Shown in pieces: positions 1 to 10,990 of a stretch of DNA of 64,000 nt. Both the position numbers and the translations under genes were made by a program. The notes under the pieces are model-generated. The model was not told the DNA's origin, did no database searches, and worked only from the letters and a program-made list of their open reading frames with translations. The DNA is from an uncultured Acidimicrobiaceae bacterium (lineage in GTDB: Bacteria > Actinomycetota > Acidimicrobiia > Acidimicrobiales > Bog-793), in the NCBI GenBank assembly GCA_963807575.1, contig CAWECD010000013.1:21703-85702 (forward strand). Reading direction: 5' to 3'. How positions within the stretch are numbered: the stretch's first letter is position 1; every line of letters starts with the position of its first letter.

Positions 1-270
1 GCCTCCCAGGATTGATTCTCGATTAATTGCCATCACGTTACAGGTTGGGCCATTGCCGAGAGACTGAAACCGCCACCGACCGACCCGGCCGAAGGTCAGT
101 ATGACATCGTTTCGCAACATTTGCTCTCCCTGTGGCCGTACGGCGGATCGTCGCCTCACCAGGGAGCCCCGGCCGGCGAGGACAGCGCCTGGGCTACACT
201 GCTCGGACCAGGCCCGGAGCGAAGATCGCCAAGGCAAACGGCCCAATCTCTCAGGATCCGGAGGCGTGAC

Positions 271-1551
271 GTGCCCGCGACCGTGGTGGTCGGAACCCAG
301 TGGGGCGACGAGGGCAAAGGCAAGCTCACCGACCTCCTCGCCAGGGACGTGAGCGTCGTCGTGCGCTACCAGGGCGGTCACAACGCCGGCCACACGATCG
401 TCGTCGGCGACGAGACCTTCGCCCTGCAGCTGATCCCGAGCGGGGTCTTCTACGACCATGTCGTCCCCGTGATAGGCAACGGCGTCGTCGTCGAGCCGAC
501 GGTGCTGCTCGCCGAATGCGCCGCGCTCACCGCCCGGGGCATCGACACGAGCCGCCTCGTCGTGTCAGGTAACGCGCACCTCGTGATGCCCTATCACATC
601 GAGCTCGACAGGGTCACCGAGCGCTACCTGGGCAAGGCCAAGCTCGGGACGACCAAGCGGGGGATCGGGCCCGCCTACGCGGACAAAGCTGCCCGGATCG
701 GCCTGCGGGTGCAGGACCTCTTGGACCCGAAGATCTTCCGCCAGAAGCTCGACGTCGTGCTGAAAGAGAAGAACGCGATCCTCGCCAAGGTCTACAACCG
801 CCTCCCGCTCGATGCCGACCAGATCGCCGCCCAGTACCTCGACGAGGTCGCACCCGCCCTCGGGCCGATGATCGGCGACTCTGTGAGGCTGGTGCACGAG
901 GCGCTCGACGCCGGCCAGCAGATCATGCTCGAAGGCGCCCAGGCCACGTTCCTCGACCTCGACCACGGGACCTATCCCTTCGTCACCTCCTCGAACCCCA
1001 CTGCCGGCGGTGCCTGTGTCGGCACCGGGATCGGGCCGAGGGACATCGACCGGGTTCTGGGCATCGCCAAGGCCTACGTGACACGGGTCGGCTCCGGTCC
1101 CATGCCCACGGAGGTAGACGGCGAAGAAGGGGACATGCTCGTCGAGCTCGGACATGAATACGGGACGAACACCGGGCGCAAGCGCCGGCCTGGATGGCTG
1201 GACCTTGTCCTGCTCCGCCATGCTGTGCGACTGAACTCCCTGTCGGAAATCGCGATCACCAAACTCGACGTTCTCTCCGCCTTCGACACCGTAAAGGTCT
1301 GCGTCGGCTACCTGGACGGAGACGAGCTGTACGAGCACGTCCCCTACCATCAGTCGGTGCTCCACCGGGTCCAGCCCGTGTACCGGGAGTTGCCGGGTTG
1401 GCGCGCGGACCTGTCCAGTGCGAGGACCGTATCCGATCTCCCCGAAGCGGCCCACGGTTATCTGGACGTCATCGCCGGCTACACCGGGGTGCCGGTGACC
1501 TATGCCGGAGTGGGGCCCGGCAGGGAGCAATACGTACGCTTGAGCGCGTGA
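271..1551 (+). CDS. purA: adenylosuccinate synthetase
   Basis: [30 protein letters not shown] and [21 protein letters not shown] motifs; GTG start at 271 with GGAGG upstream. Confidence 0.97.
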   Translation: MPATVVVGTQWGDEGKGKLTDLLARDVSVVVRYQGGHNAGHTIVVGDETFALQLIPSGVFYDHVVPVIGNGVVVEPTVLLAECAALTARGIDTSRLVVSGNAHLVMPYHIELDRVTERYLGKAKLGTTKRGIGPAYADKAARIGLRVQDLLDPKIFRQKLDVVLKEKNAILAKVYNRLPLDADQIAAQYLDEVAPALGPMIGDSVRLVHEALDAGQQIMLEGAQATFLDLDHGTYPFVTSSNPTAGGACVGTGIGPRDIDRVLGIAKAYVTRVGSGPMPTEVDGEEGDMLVELGHEYGTNTGRKRRPGWLDLVLLRHAVRLNSLSEIAITKLDVLSAFDTVKVCVGYLDGDELYEHVPYHQSVLHRVQPVYRELPGWRADLSSARTVSDLPEAAHGYLDVIAGYTGVPVTYAGVGPGREQYVRLSA

Positions 1552-1606
1552 GCCGGGCAATGCGGCATCGCCTCGATGCGCAAGCCGGCACAGGAGAGGG
1601 AGCGGC

Positions 1607-2938
1607 ATGATCCCCCGCTACTCAATGCCCGAGATGTCAGCGGTCTTCGCCGAGGAGACCCGACTCGGCATATGGCTCGAGATCGAGCTCCTGGCCGTGG
1701 AGGCATGGTCGAAGCTCGGCGTCGTCCCGCCCGCACACGCTGCGGTGTGCCGTGAACGCGCCCCTCAGGTCGATGCCGCCTTCGTCCGGCGTGTCGCCGA
1801 GAGGGAGGCCGTCGTCGACCATGACGTCGCTGCGTTCGTCGACGTCGTGCAGGAGTCGATCGGTGAACCTGAAGGATCCTGGATCCATTACGGCCTCACC
1901 TCTTCCGACGTGGTCGACACGGCTTTGTCCGCAATACTCGTCCGGTCCGCAGACCTCCTCCTCGTCGCGGTCGGGGATCTGGTGTCGGTCACCAAGCGCC
2001 GCGCTTACGAGCTCGCGGCAGTGCCCACCGTCGGGCGGACTCACGGCATGCACGCGGAACCGACGACCTTCGGCACCAAGCTCGCGCTGGCCTGCCTGCA
2101 AGCCGACCGTGACCGGACACGGCTGCTGCGCGCACGAGAGATGGTCAGGGTCGGGAAGCTGTCGGGAGCAGTGGGCACCTACTCGAACATCCACCCTTCG
2201 GTCGAGCAGCACGTGTGCGAAGCCCTCGGGCTGCAGCCTGTTCCGGCCACACAGGTCATCGCGCGGGACCGCCATGCCGAGTACCTGTACGCGTGCGCCG
2301 CGCTCGGCACCACTGTCGAAGCTCTCGCGACCGAGATCAGGCACCTGCAACGAACCGAGGTCGGCGAAGTCGAGGAGCCTTTCACGAAAGGTCAGAAAGG
2401 CTCGTCGGCAATGCCCCACAAGCGAAACCCGATCACCGCCGAGCGTCTCGCGGGCCTTGCCCGGGTGCTGCGCGGTTACCTCGTTTCCGGTCTCGAGGAC
2501 GTCGCGCTCTGGCACGAGAGAGACATCTCACACAGCTCGGTCGAGCGGATCGTGCTTCCGGACGCCAGCCACGTCGCCTACTACGCGGCAACGAAGATGA
2601 CCACGCTGATCGACGGCCTTCAGATCCATGCCGATCGCATGCTCGAGAACCTGCTCGAAGGCTCGCACGGGCTCGTGTTCTCCCAGCCTGTGCTGCTCGC
2701 TCTAATCAGTTCCGGCCTGAAACGCGACGCCGCGTACCGAATCGTGCAACGTGACGCGCTCGCTGCTCATGCGCAGCGGCGTTCCTTCCGGGCCATCCTC
2801 GCGGAAGACCCCGAGGTCTGCGAAGCCCTCGGTGGCAGAGACAAGGCGACGAGATCGTTGGACGTCGCGTTCGACCTCACCCGCTCACTTGCGAACATCC
2901 AGCACGTCTTTGCCGCCCTCGAAGAGATATCCGGATAG
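1607..2938 (+). CDS. purB: adenylosuccinate lyase
   Basis: MIPRYS start, GSSAMPHKRNP fumarate-lyase signature, LWHERDISHSSVER; follows purA. Confidence 0.96.
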   Translation: MIPRYSMPEMSAVFAEETRLGIWLEIELLAVEAWSKLGVVPPAHAAVCRERAPQVDAAFVRRVAEREAVVDHDVAAFVDVVQESIGEPEGSWIHYGLTSSDVVDTALSAILVRSADLLLVAVGDLVSVTKRRAYELAAVPTVGRTHGMHAEPTTFGTKLALACLQADRDRTRLLRAREMVRVGKLSGAVGTYSNIHPSVEQHVCEALGLQPVPATQVIARDRHAEYLYACAALGTTVEALATEIRHLQRTEVGEVEEPFTKGQKGSSAMPHKRNPITAERLAGLARVLRGYLVSGLEDVALWHERDISHSSVERIVLPDASHVAYYAATKMTTLIDGLQIHADRMLENLLEGSHGLVFSQPVLLALISSGLKRDAAYRIVQRDALAAHAQRRSFRAILAEDPEVCEALGGRDKATRSLDVAFDLTRSLANIQHVFAALEEISG

Positions 2939-3105
2939 GTCGTCGGCACCTACTCCGCGCTCCACGAGCGCGGCACGACTGCTTCTCAGACCCCGTGGTC
3001 AGCGCCCTTCACACAAACTGGGCACAGGTTGTCTGCACACCCAACAGCACATGGTGTGTGAGAAACCGGTCCGGAAATGGTCAACGCAACCTGACCGGCT
3101 TGCGC

Positions 3106-3537
3106 TCAGGACCGGCGACTCCAGTGGATCCCGGCCTTCTGGAGCACCTCGGCCGTCACTCCTGCCTCTCGCCAGGTCGCGTAGTCGATCCCCTTGCGTG
3201 ACCCGTAATCGGCTGCGACCACGATAAAGGCCTTCTCGAGCTCAGGAAGGTCGTCCACGGACTCGGCACTGGCGCCCTCGATTCGCCGCTCGAGATTGCG
3301 CCGCTCTTGGATCAAATGAATCCGCTGTAGCGGATCTGCGGCAACGAGCTTCAATTCGAGGTCTTCAAGACGCGCTTTCAAGGCATCCGCGCTCGTCGAA
3401 CGCCCACGACGTGGCTTCGACCGCTCGAGCGCTACAAGGTACCGACGCACAGCATTGCCCTGGCGGCGACCCTCGGCGAGCGCGTCTTTGTGCGACGCAG
3501 AGAGACCAGGCTTGGTTGGCTTTTTTCTTGGTGGCAT
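3106..3537 (-). CDS. hypothetical helical protein, possibly DNA-binding
   Basis: Coherent ORF MPPRKKPTK...KPRRGRS...YATWREAGV...KAGI with a basic N-terminus and coiled-coil-like middle; function not recognised. Confidence 0.7.
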   Translation of the reverse strand: MPPRKKPTKPGLSASHKDALAEGRRQGNAVRRYLVALERSKPRRGRSTSADALKARLEDLELKLVAADPLQRIHLIQERRNLERRIEGASAESVDDLPELEKAFIVVAADYGSRKGIDYATWREAGVTAEVLQKAGIHWSRRS

Positions 3538-3921
3538 ATGACCAGTATTGCCGATAACGACGGCCCGTTCCAATACCGCTTAGCCGGTCATCGTGCCGAA
3601 GGCTTATCTCTCGCGCGAGATGAGCTCGGAGCCGGCACTTCATCGCTCGCCCGCTCTCACCGGCAGAGGCTACGAGATGATCATCACCCCCTCAGCTCAC
3701 AAACAGGAACCGCTTGAAACTTGCGAGGTTTCCGGTAATACGCAACGAGCATTGCCCGCGCGCGTCGTGCCCTGCACACACTGGAAAGCTGCCCCTCAGG
3801 AACCGCATTTTGCTCTCCGGACGAGAGGCGATCGCTTCGGAATTGCACACCCGGGAGGCGTCGATAACCACTGAGAATTGCTTGCGCGACTGAAGAAACC
3901 GCGCGGGCGGGCCAGCCGGAT

Positions 3922-4404
3922 TCAGTCGCGCTGCACGAGGAAGGTGCCCGTCGAGCGGCTCACGAGACGCCCCTTTGCGTCCTCGATGCGCGCCTCGGCA
4001 AAGGCGATCTGCTTCGCCTGGCGCATCACGGCCCCACGCACTGCGAGCCTCTCACCGGCGGTGGCCGGTCGCATGGTCTCGGTCTTCAACTCGAGGGCCG
4101 CGCCAGTGCGGTCCTTGCCGGAAAGGCCGGCATTGACTGCGAAGCTCATCGCCGCATCGAGCACGAGGGCGTACACGCCGGCTTGGACCACACCGTGCGG
4201 GTTGCAAGCCACGGTCGTGGGCTCCCAGGACGCGGCTGCCCAGCCCGCCCGGTCGTCGTCCTCGATCCCGTAGTCCTCGAACGAGACCCCGACCGCGGCC
4301 AGGATCGCCATGCCACCGTCGCCCAGCCACCGGCTCATGTCCTTCCTGGCAGGCGGTCCCTCGGGACTGACACGACCTTCTGTTCTGCTCGGCACGGTCT
4401 TCAC
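3922..4404 (-). CDS. PaaI-family (hotdog) thioesterase
   Basis: NPHGVVQAGV..LVLDAAM motif; GTG start with AGGAG. Confidence 0.85.
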   Translation of the reverse strand: MKTVPSRTEGRVSPEGPPARKDMSRWLGDGGMAILAAVGVSFEDYGIEDDDRAGWAAASWEPTTVACNPHGVVQAGVYALVLDAAMSFAVNAGLSGKDRTGAALELKTETMRPATAGERLAVRGAVMRQAKQIAFAEARIEDAKGRLVSRSTGTFLVQRD

Positions 4405-4474
4405 CGTACTCCTGACACCGCCGGGCGCATGTGCGAGAGCCGCGCAAGGAGGCGGCCCAGCCAAGAGCGGTGTG

Positions 4475-4843
4475 TCAGTGGTACTGCGTGGCCATCATCG
4501 CCCCGACGACGATGCCGACCAGACCGCCGATGAGGTACCAGTTGCTCGTGCCGCCGGGCATGATCCCCACGTAGTTGCCGACGATCAGGAGCAGCCCTAT
4601 CACGAGCAACGCGAGCAGCACCGGCCCGAACCAGCGTGGGCTGTGCCTGACGCTCTTGGGGATCGGGGCGGTGTAGCGCTTGTTGACGTCACGGCCCTTT
4701 GGCGGTGTGGCCCGGCCGCCTGCCGCCTGGGCCCGGCCGCCTGGCGGTGTGACCCGGCCGCCTGGTGGTGTGACCCGGCCCTTTGTCGCGGTCGGTTTCT
4801 TCGAGGAGGTGCCGTCGTCTGATCCCGCACGTGCCTTGGCCAC
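4475..4843 (-). CDS. crgA: cell division protein CrgA
   Basis: SPRWF motif, two TM helices, NWYLIGG...MATQYH end; canonical position next to trpG/pknB. Confidence 0.88.
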   Translation of the reverse strand: MAKARAGSDDGTSSKKPTATKGRVTPPGGRVTPPGGRAQAAGGRATPPKGRDVNKRYTAPIPKSVRHSPRWFGPVLLALLVIGLLLIVGNYVGIMPGGTSNWYLIGGLVGIVVGAMMATQYH

Positions 4844-4891
4844 GACCTTCGAGGATAGTCATGATTCGCGCGACCGGTAACCTCGAGCGCC

Positions 4892-5497
4892 ATGGGCATC
4901 AAGGTGGCGGTCGTCGACAACTACGACAGCTTCGTCTACAACCTCGTCCAATACCTCGGCGAGCTCGGAGCGGAGCCAGTCGTGGTACGCAACGACGCCG
5001 TTGACGTGGCCGGCTTGAGGGCACTGGAAGCCGCCGCACTGCTCGTGTCGCCGGGCCCCGGCCGGCCCGAGCACGCGGGCGTCAGCTCGGCCGCCATCGC
5101 CGAGTTAGGGGGTGAGGGCTTCCCGGTCCTTGGCGTTTGTCTCGGCCACCAGTGCATCGGCCAGGTCTTCGGTGGACAGATCGTGCGTGCGCCCGAGATC
5201 GTGCACGGCAAGGCGTCGCCCATCCACCACGACGGGCGTGGCGTCTTCAGGAACCTGCCCGAGGTGTTCCAGGCCACGAGGTACCACTCGCTCGTAGTCG
5301 GCGCCGACTCGATCCCCGACTGCCTGGAGGTGACAGCCTGGACCGCCGGCGGCCTCGTGATGGGACTGCGACACAGGGCACTGCCGATCGAGGGCGTGCA
5401 GTTCCACCCGGAGTCGATTCTCACCGGCGTTGCCGGGCACCAGTTGCTCGGGAACTTCCTCGAGATCGCCGCGTCGGTCACACCCGCAAAGAGGTGA
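4892..5497 (+). CDS. pabA: aminodeoxychorismate/anthranilate synthase component II (glutamine amidotransferase)
   Basis: DNYDSFVYNLVQY, SPGPG, GVCLGHQ, RYHSL and GVQFHPES motifs. Confidence 0.92.
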   Translation: MGIKVAVVDNYDSFVYNLVQYLGELGAEPVVVRNDAVDVAGLRALEAAALLVSPGPGRPEHAGVSSAAIAELGGEGFPVLGVCLGHQCIGQVFGGQIVRAPEIVHGKASPIHHDGRGVFRNLPEVFQATRYHSLVVGADSIPDCLEVTAWTAGGLVMGLRHRALPIEGVQFHPESILTGVAGHQLLGNFLEIAASVTPAKR

Positions 5498-5574
5498 CCC
5501 AGCTGACCGTACGGCCCGGCTGAGGCGCACGAGGTCAGGACCGGGCCGATGACGCAACTGCGCCGGTGCGCCCC

Positions 5575-7620
5575 TTAAGGCGTGATCCCGGATATCCCCG
5601 ATACCGACGGAATGGTCGTCGTCGATGATGTTGGGGCGGGCTGCTGGACGTAGATGACGACTGTGAAGCCCCACTTCTCCTGGGTGCCGGGAGCGACGGA
5701 CTGGCTCGTCACCCAGTCTGCCTCGGTGCCCGGAACGTTGACCAGGCTGACAGTGCCCGTGAGGTGGGCGTTCTGAAGAGCCGCCATCGCCGCGCCCTGG
5801 GTCCTGTGGACCACGTTCGGGACCACGGCGGCGGGGCCTTGGGAGATGAGAAGTGTGATCGTCGATCCGTACGCGCGCTTGGTCCCGGGCGCGGGTTGGA
5901 TCGTGATGACGTTGCCAACCGGCACAGTGCTCGAGAACTCGTTGACGGGGTTGATAACGAAGCCCGCAGCGGTGAGCAGGTCGCGTACCGGCTGGATCGC
6001 CTGGCCGACGATGGCCTTGGCAGGCGGGAGCTTGACCAGCTTCAGACCATGGGCGACCGTGAGGGTCACAGTCGTGCCGTAGGGGTAGTCCCCGCTCGCC
6101 AGGCTCTGGCTGAGAACCGTGCCCACCGGAACTGCCGCATTGGGCGACGCCTTGTAGACCACGTGGAGCCGGAAGCCCGCAGACCTGATCTGCGCCTTGA
6201 CCGAGTCGAGACTGTCACCAACCACATAGTTCAAGAAGACCGGCGCCGGACCTCTGGAGACGGTCAAGCGCACCACCGTGTGCTTGCGCACCGACGCCCC
6301 TGCGGCCGGGACCTGGTTCGTCACCAACCACTTGTTCGCCTCGCTGCCGGTCTGAAACGTCACGACCGGCTCGAGGCCCTCGTTGCGCAGCACTGACTCG
6401 GCTTTCTTGTAGGGCATGTAGACGACGTCTGTGGGATGCATCCAAGGCAGCGCGCCGAAATACCCGAGTGAGCGCCCGCCGTAGTAGGCGATCGCCACAA
6501 GTGCCACGACGAGTACGAGGGCAGCAGCCACCCAGGGCACGAAGCGCCGTTTCGGGTACTCCGGTGAACCGGCACCCGGACCGGAAGACGGCACCCTCTC
6601 CTGGATCTCGGTCGGGGCGACCGGCGCGCCCGCCGCCGTCAGGACCATTGTCGGGTTGACCGGGATCGCGATCGTCTGCGCACCTACGTCGGGCGGCGAG
6701 GGTGGCGGAGCCAGAACGGGCAGTCCACGCATGAAACGCTCGAGATCGTCGTGGAAGTCCTGTGCGGTCGCATATCGGGCCTGCGGCTGCTTGGCCATCG
6801 CATGCATGATGATCGCCTCGAGATCGCGTGGCACCCGGGGCTCGATCGCACTCGGCAGAGCGGCTGTTTCCGACACGTGCTTGTAGGCGATCGCCACGGG
6901 CGTGTCGGCGGTGAATGGAGGACGGCCTGTCACCATCTCGTAGAGCACGACACCAAGCGCGTAGACATCGCTGCGGCCGTCCACGCCGAGTCCCTGAGCC
7001 TGTTCGGGCGAGAAGTAGGTGGCCGTTCCCATCACCAGACCCGTCTGGGTGACGCTCTCGCTCGCGCCGATGGCCCGCGCGATGCCGAAGTCGGCAACCT
7101 TCACCTGGCCATCGGCGGTTATGAGGACGTTGCCGGGCTTCACGTCACGGTGGACCACACCATGGCGATGCGCGTAACTGAGGGCTTTCGCGATATCGGC
7201 TGCAACTGCCGCCGCTCGCGTCGGCGCCAGTGGCGCCTGGGTGCGGATGACCGAGGACAGCGGCTCGCCGTCCACGTACTCCATGACGATGTAATAAGTA
7301 CGGTCGGCTTCGCCCCAGTCAAAGACAGGGACGATGTTCGGGTGCGACAGGTTCGCGGCGGCCTGTGCCTCCCGCCGGAAACGCTCGACGAACGAGTGGT
7401 CCGACGACAGCTCCGGGAAGAGCATCTTCAAGGCGACAGGGCGATCGAGCAACAGGTCATGGGCCAGATAGACCTGAGCCGTCCCACCACGTGCGATCTG
7501 GCGGCTCAGCTCGTAGCGGCCGTTGTAGACCGGAGGCGGGGTCTCGGGCATCGTCGGGGACAGCCTATTCGTCGGCCCGACCCGTCCGGACGCACGGTCG
7601 GGGGGCAAGGTGCCGCTCAT
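5575..7620 (-). CDS. pknB: Ser/Thr protein kinase with PASTA repeats
   Basis: HRDVKPGN, DFGIARA and YFSPEQ motifs, TM helix, C-terminal PASTA-like repeats; ATG overlaps the pbpA stop (ATGA); alternative start 7551. Confidence 0.93.
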   Translation of the reverse strand: MSGTLPPDRASGRVGPTNRLSPTMPETPPPVYNGRYELSRQIARGGTAQVYLAHDLLLDRPVALKMLFPELSSDHSFVERFRREAQAAANLSHPNIVPVFDWGEADRTYYIVMEYVDGEPLSSVIRTQAPLAPTRAAAVAADIAKALSYAHRHGVVHRDVKPGNVLITADGQVKVADFGIARAIGASESVTQTGLVMGTATYFSPEQAQGLGVDGRSDVYALGVVLYEMVTGRPPFTADTPVAIAYKHVSETAALPSAIEPRVPRDLEAIIMHAMAKQPQARYATAQDFHDDLERFMRGLPVLAPPPSPPDVGAQTIAIPVNPTMVLTAAGAPVAPTEIQERVPSSGPGAGSPEYPKRRFVPWVAAALVLVVALVAIAYYGGRSLGYFGALPWMHPTDVVYMPYKKAESVLRNEGLEPVVTFQTGSEANKWLVTNQVPAAGASVRKHTVVRLTVSRGPAPVFLNYVVGDSLDSVKAQIRSAGFRLHVVYKASPNAAVPVGTVLSQSLASGDYPYGTTVTLTVAHGLKLVKLPPAKAIVGQAIQPVRDLLTAAGFVINPVNEFSSTVPVGNVITIQPAPGTKRAYGSTITLLISQGPAAVVPNVVHRTQGAAMAALQNAHLTGTVSLVNVPGTEADWVTSQSVAPGTQEKWGFTVVIYVQQPAPTSSTTTIPSVSGISGITP

Positions 7621-9140
7621 CGCTGCATCGCCAGGGCCTTCTGCATCACGGCGGCGACGACAGGCCCGGCGATCTGGGCACCGGTCACGTCGCGGCACGA
7701 GGGTCCCGGCGGGATCGGAACGATCGCCGCAACTGCGACGGTCGGCGTCTGGCCGGGACCGGCCGGTGCGGTTGCTATGAGCCAGTTGTAGGTGCCGCAA
7801 CCGAGCGCATTGATCTGTGCTGTGCCGGTCTTCGCGGCCACGGGTGGGAACAGGTAGGAGGGGAACACCCCGTATGCCGTGCCCAACGGGTTCTCAGTGA
7901 CACCCAGCATCAGCTGGCGGACGGTCTCCGCGGTCTGTACCGAAGTTGCGCGGCGCCAGGCATGTGGGTGGTAGGTTTCCACGAGATTGCCCTGAGCGTC
8001 AATGATCTTGTCCAACAGGTGCGGTGTCATGATGACGCCATTGTCCGCGATACCTGCCGCGACAAGTGCCATCTGCAACGTCGTTGCCGTGACGTCCTCC
8101 TGGCCGATCGCGGACTTCATGAGACCCGGCGTGTCGCCGGCGAAATCCTGCGGCGGTGGGAAATTCGATGCCGCGGCTTCACCTTGGGGCAGGTCGATAG
8201 GCGGGACGGCATCGAAGCCGAATGCGGAGGCCTCGAGGTAGAGCTTCTCGGGCCCAAGACGTTGGCCTACCAGGGCGAAGGCCGTGTCGCAAGACCTCAA
8301 GAGAACCTGTGCCAGAGAACCGCCGCAGTACTCACCGTCGAAGTTGTACAACCTCTGGCCACCCGTCTCGGGAAGGGTCACGTAGGACACCGAGTTGAAG
8401 AACTGGGTTGCGATCTGGGGCGCGCGGTCGAAGATGGCGGAGGAGTCGACGACCTTGAAAGTCGATCCGGGTGCTTTCGCCTGGGCTGTCGCGTAGTTGA
8501 TCAAGGGATCACCGGGCGAGCGCAAGAGCTTGTTGTAGCTGCTGATGACGGAGTCGTAGCCGGACTCGCCCTTCGGGCCGCTGTGGACCGCGAAGACGTT
8601 GGGGTCAAAAGTCGGATTTCCGTACATCGCGAGGATGGCCCCCGTTCGCGGGTCGATGGCGACGACTGCACCGGTCCGGCCGGCAAGGGCTTCTGCAGCA
8701 GCCTGCTGGAGCGCCACCGAGACTGTCAGAGTTATGTCGTCGGTCGTCTTGTGCTGAGTGAGCAGTTGACCAAGAGTTGAAGACGGCGTGTTGTGCTGGG
8801 TGAGGAACTGGTTGTACTCGAGCTCGAGACCGGTTGCGTTTCCCACGGCGACCGACTCATAGCCGGTTATCCCGGCGAACAGGGTGGCCGTGGCCGGGGG
8901 ATAGACCCTGAGCTCTCCGTAGCCGTCTTTGGTGGGCTCCGACATGGCGAGCACTGCGCCGTCCGAACTGTAGATGTCGCCTCGCGCGAGCGTGTAGGGG
9001 TCGGGCAGAAGCGTCTGATTGTGCGGGTTGTCCACGAGGGACTTGGCTTGGCGGACCTGGAAGTCGTTCAACTGAAGGAACAGCAGGACGAAGCAGGCCA
9101 AGAGCACGAAGCCCAGCCAGCGAATGCGGCGATTGATCAT
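7617..9140 (-). CDS. pbpA: class B penicillin-binding protein
   Basis: N-terminal TM helix; STFK, SCD and KTGTAQ transpeptidase motifs. Confidence 0.92.
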   Translation of the reverse strand: MINRRIRWLGFVLLACFVLLFLQLNDFQVRQAKSLVDNPHNQTLLPDPYTLARGDIYSSDGAVLAMSEPTKDGYGELRVYPPATATLFAGITGYESVAVGNATGLELEYNQFLTQHNTPSSTLGQLLTQHKTTDDITLTVSVALQQAAAEALAGRTGAVVAIDPRTGAILAMYGNPTFDPNVFAVHSGPKGESGYDSVISSYNKLLRSPGDPLINYATAQAKAPGSTFKVVDSSAIFDRAPQIATQFFNSVSYVTLPETGGQRLYNFDGEYCGGSLAQVLLRSCDTAFALVGQRLGPEKLYLEASAFGFDAVPPIDLPQGEAAASNFPPPQDFAGDTPGLMKSAIGQEDVTATTLQMALVAAGIADNGVIMTPHLLDKIIDAQGNLVETYHPHAWRRATSVQTAETVRQLMLGVTENPLGTAYGVFPSYLFPPVAAKTGTAQINALGCGTYNWLIATAPAGPGQTPTVAVAAIVPIPPGPSCRDVTGAQIAGPVVAAVMQKALAMQR

Positions 9141-9147
9141 CCGGTTC

Positions 9148-10527
9148 TCACTTGTTCTGCACCGTCGTTGTCGTCGCGCGGAACGTGGTCGTCGTGGTCG
9201 ACTCGCTCGGTGCGACTACCGTGCGTTCGAGCGAGAGGCTGTGCACGAGGTTGCGAGCCGCCTGGTAGGAGGCTTCCTCCATACCCTGCTTCAAGTAGGC
9301 GACATTCGAGGCGAGCAAGTCGGCTGGTGTGATCGTCGTGCGTTCCACGACCGAAGGCTTGAGCCACAGCAAGCCGCCCGGACGCCCCTGGAAGATCGTC
9401 ACATAGCCCTGATCGAGCCCGACGTAGAACGATGCCTTGTCGAACCAGATCACGACGCCCGCGGTACTCCCGAGGATCCCCACGAAGACGAGCGCGAACA
9501 GCGCGACCCGGATCGTGAAGACTCGGTCCCGTTGTTCCTTGGGGCGTTTGGCCCTCACAAGTAGCATCGGCCGGCTACGAGCCGGACCCTGGCCCGCCCG
9601 AGGCGACGAGGCCGTCGGCGCGGAGACGACCGCACTCACCGTACTCGGCGGCGGCGTCGAGGCCGCGGCGCTCACGGCCGGCGTGAGCACAACTGCCTCG
9701 GTGATCGGTGGTGCCTCGGCGCCCGAGGCGGGGCCCGGCGCGCCGGGCGCGGCCAGGGGGATCACGACGATGTCGTCGTTCACCACCGGTGCCTCGCCGG
9801 CGAGAACGTCGAGCACGACGACGGTCACGTTGTCGATCCCGCCACGATGAAGGGCCAACCGCACGAGCGCGCCCGCCGCCTTCTCGGCATCGGGCTCGTC
9901 GAGCAGGACCTCGGCAATCTCTTGCTCGCCGAGCTCGTTGGTGAGACCGTCACTGCAGAGCAGCACGCGGCTGCCGGGCTCGAGGTCGAGCTCCCAGCAG
10001 TCCACTTCGATGCTGGGCTCGATCCCGAGTGCACGCGTCAAGATGTGCCGATGTGGGTGAACCGCCGCCTCTTCAGGGGTCAGCTCACCGCTTCGGACCA
10101 TCTCCTCGACAACGCTGTGGTCCTCGGTCAGCTTGTGGGCACGGCGTTCGCTCCGGTCGACGAGATAAGCCCTCGAATCACCGACGTTCACCAGAGCAAG
10201 GCGCAGCTGGCCACCGGGCTCGTCGCCGACATAGGCAGCTGCAGTCAGGGTCGTGCCCATACCGCGAAGGTTGCGGTCGGACTGGCTGCGGCTGTACACC
10301 GCCGAGTTGGCGGCGCCGACGGCTGCGAGCAGGCCATCTGTCGTCCTGTCCCGACGGTAGGCCTCGAGCAGCTGCTCAACCGCGATGCGGGCCGCAACCT
10401 CGCCGCCAAGATGCCCCCCCATCCCGTCAGCGACTGCCGCCAGGTCGTTGGTTGCGAGGGCGACGTCCTGGTTGGTGGAGCGTAGATAACCGGTGTCGGT
10501 CGCGGCCGCGGTCCGCAACCGGCTCAT
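9148..10527 (-). CDS. pstP: PP2C-family Ser/Thr phosphatase, membrane anchored
   Basis: RSTNQD, VADGMGGH, GTT, NVGDSRAY, CSDGL and GGIDNVT motifs; TM helix. Confidence 0.93.
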   Translation of the reverse strand: MSRLRTAAATDTGYLRSTNQDVALATNDLAAVADGMGGHLGGEVAARIAVEQLLEAYRRDRTTDGLLAAVGAANSAVYSRSQSDRNLRGMGTTLTAAAYVGDEPGGQLRLALVNVGDSRAYLVDRSERRAHKLTEDHSVVEEMVRSGELTPEEAAVHPHRHILTRALGIEPSIEVDCWELDLEPGSRVLLCSDGLTNELGEQEIAEVLLDEPDAEKAAGALVRLALHRGGIDNVTVVVLDVLAGEAPVVNDDIVVIPLAAPGAPGPASGAEAPPITEAVVLTPAVSAAASTPPPSTVSAVVSAPTASSPRAGQGPARSRPMLLVRAKRPKEQRDRVFTIRVALFALVFVGILGSTAGVVIWFDKASFYVGLDQGYVTIFQGRPGGLLWLKPSVVERTTITPADLLASNVAYLKQGMEEASYQAARNLVHSLSLERTVVAPSESTTTTTFRATTTTVQNK

Positions 10528-10976
10528 CTGGCAACCTCGAGAACCGTGCTCCCGACCTTGACACGGTCCCCGCGGCGCAGCCGCGCAGGAACGTCCAGAC
10601 GCTCGTCGTTCAGCCAGGTACCGTTTGTGGAGCCGAGATCCTCGATCCACAGCTCACCACTTCGCGTGAAAACGCGGGCGTGGATCGAGGATGCAAAGCT
10701 GTCGTCGTCGAGTGGCACCGCGCAACCCGGCGAACGGCCGACGGTGACTTCGTCGCCGAGCTCGAAGACACGCCCGCGCCGCTGAGGAGGGTCGATGACG
10801 CGCAAGCGCAAGACGAGCGCCTTGTCGGCAGCGACGGGTGCCGAAGCCGGCGCTTGCGGCTGCTCGGCACGCGAACGCCGCACCTCGACCCACACCATGC
10901 GGGCGGCATAGACGAAGAAGAGCCAGATCGCCGCGAGCAGGGAGTAGCGGAGAATCTCCAGGAGGGAGTGAGGCAT
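10524..10976 (-). CDS. fhaB: FHA-domain protein with N-terminal TM helix
   Basis: VGRS...SSIHAR...DLGSTNGT FHA motifs. Confidence 0.88.
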   Translation of the reverse strand: MPHSLLEILRYSLLAAIWLFFVYAARMVWVEVRRSRAEQPQAPASAPVAADKALVLRLRVIDPPQRRGRVFELGDEVTVGRSPGCAVPLDDDSFASSIHARVFTRSGELWIEDLGSTNGTWLNDERLDVPARLRRGDRVKVGSTVLEVAR

Positions 10977-10990
10977 GGCGTCGCGACCGC

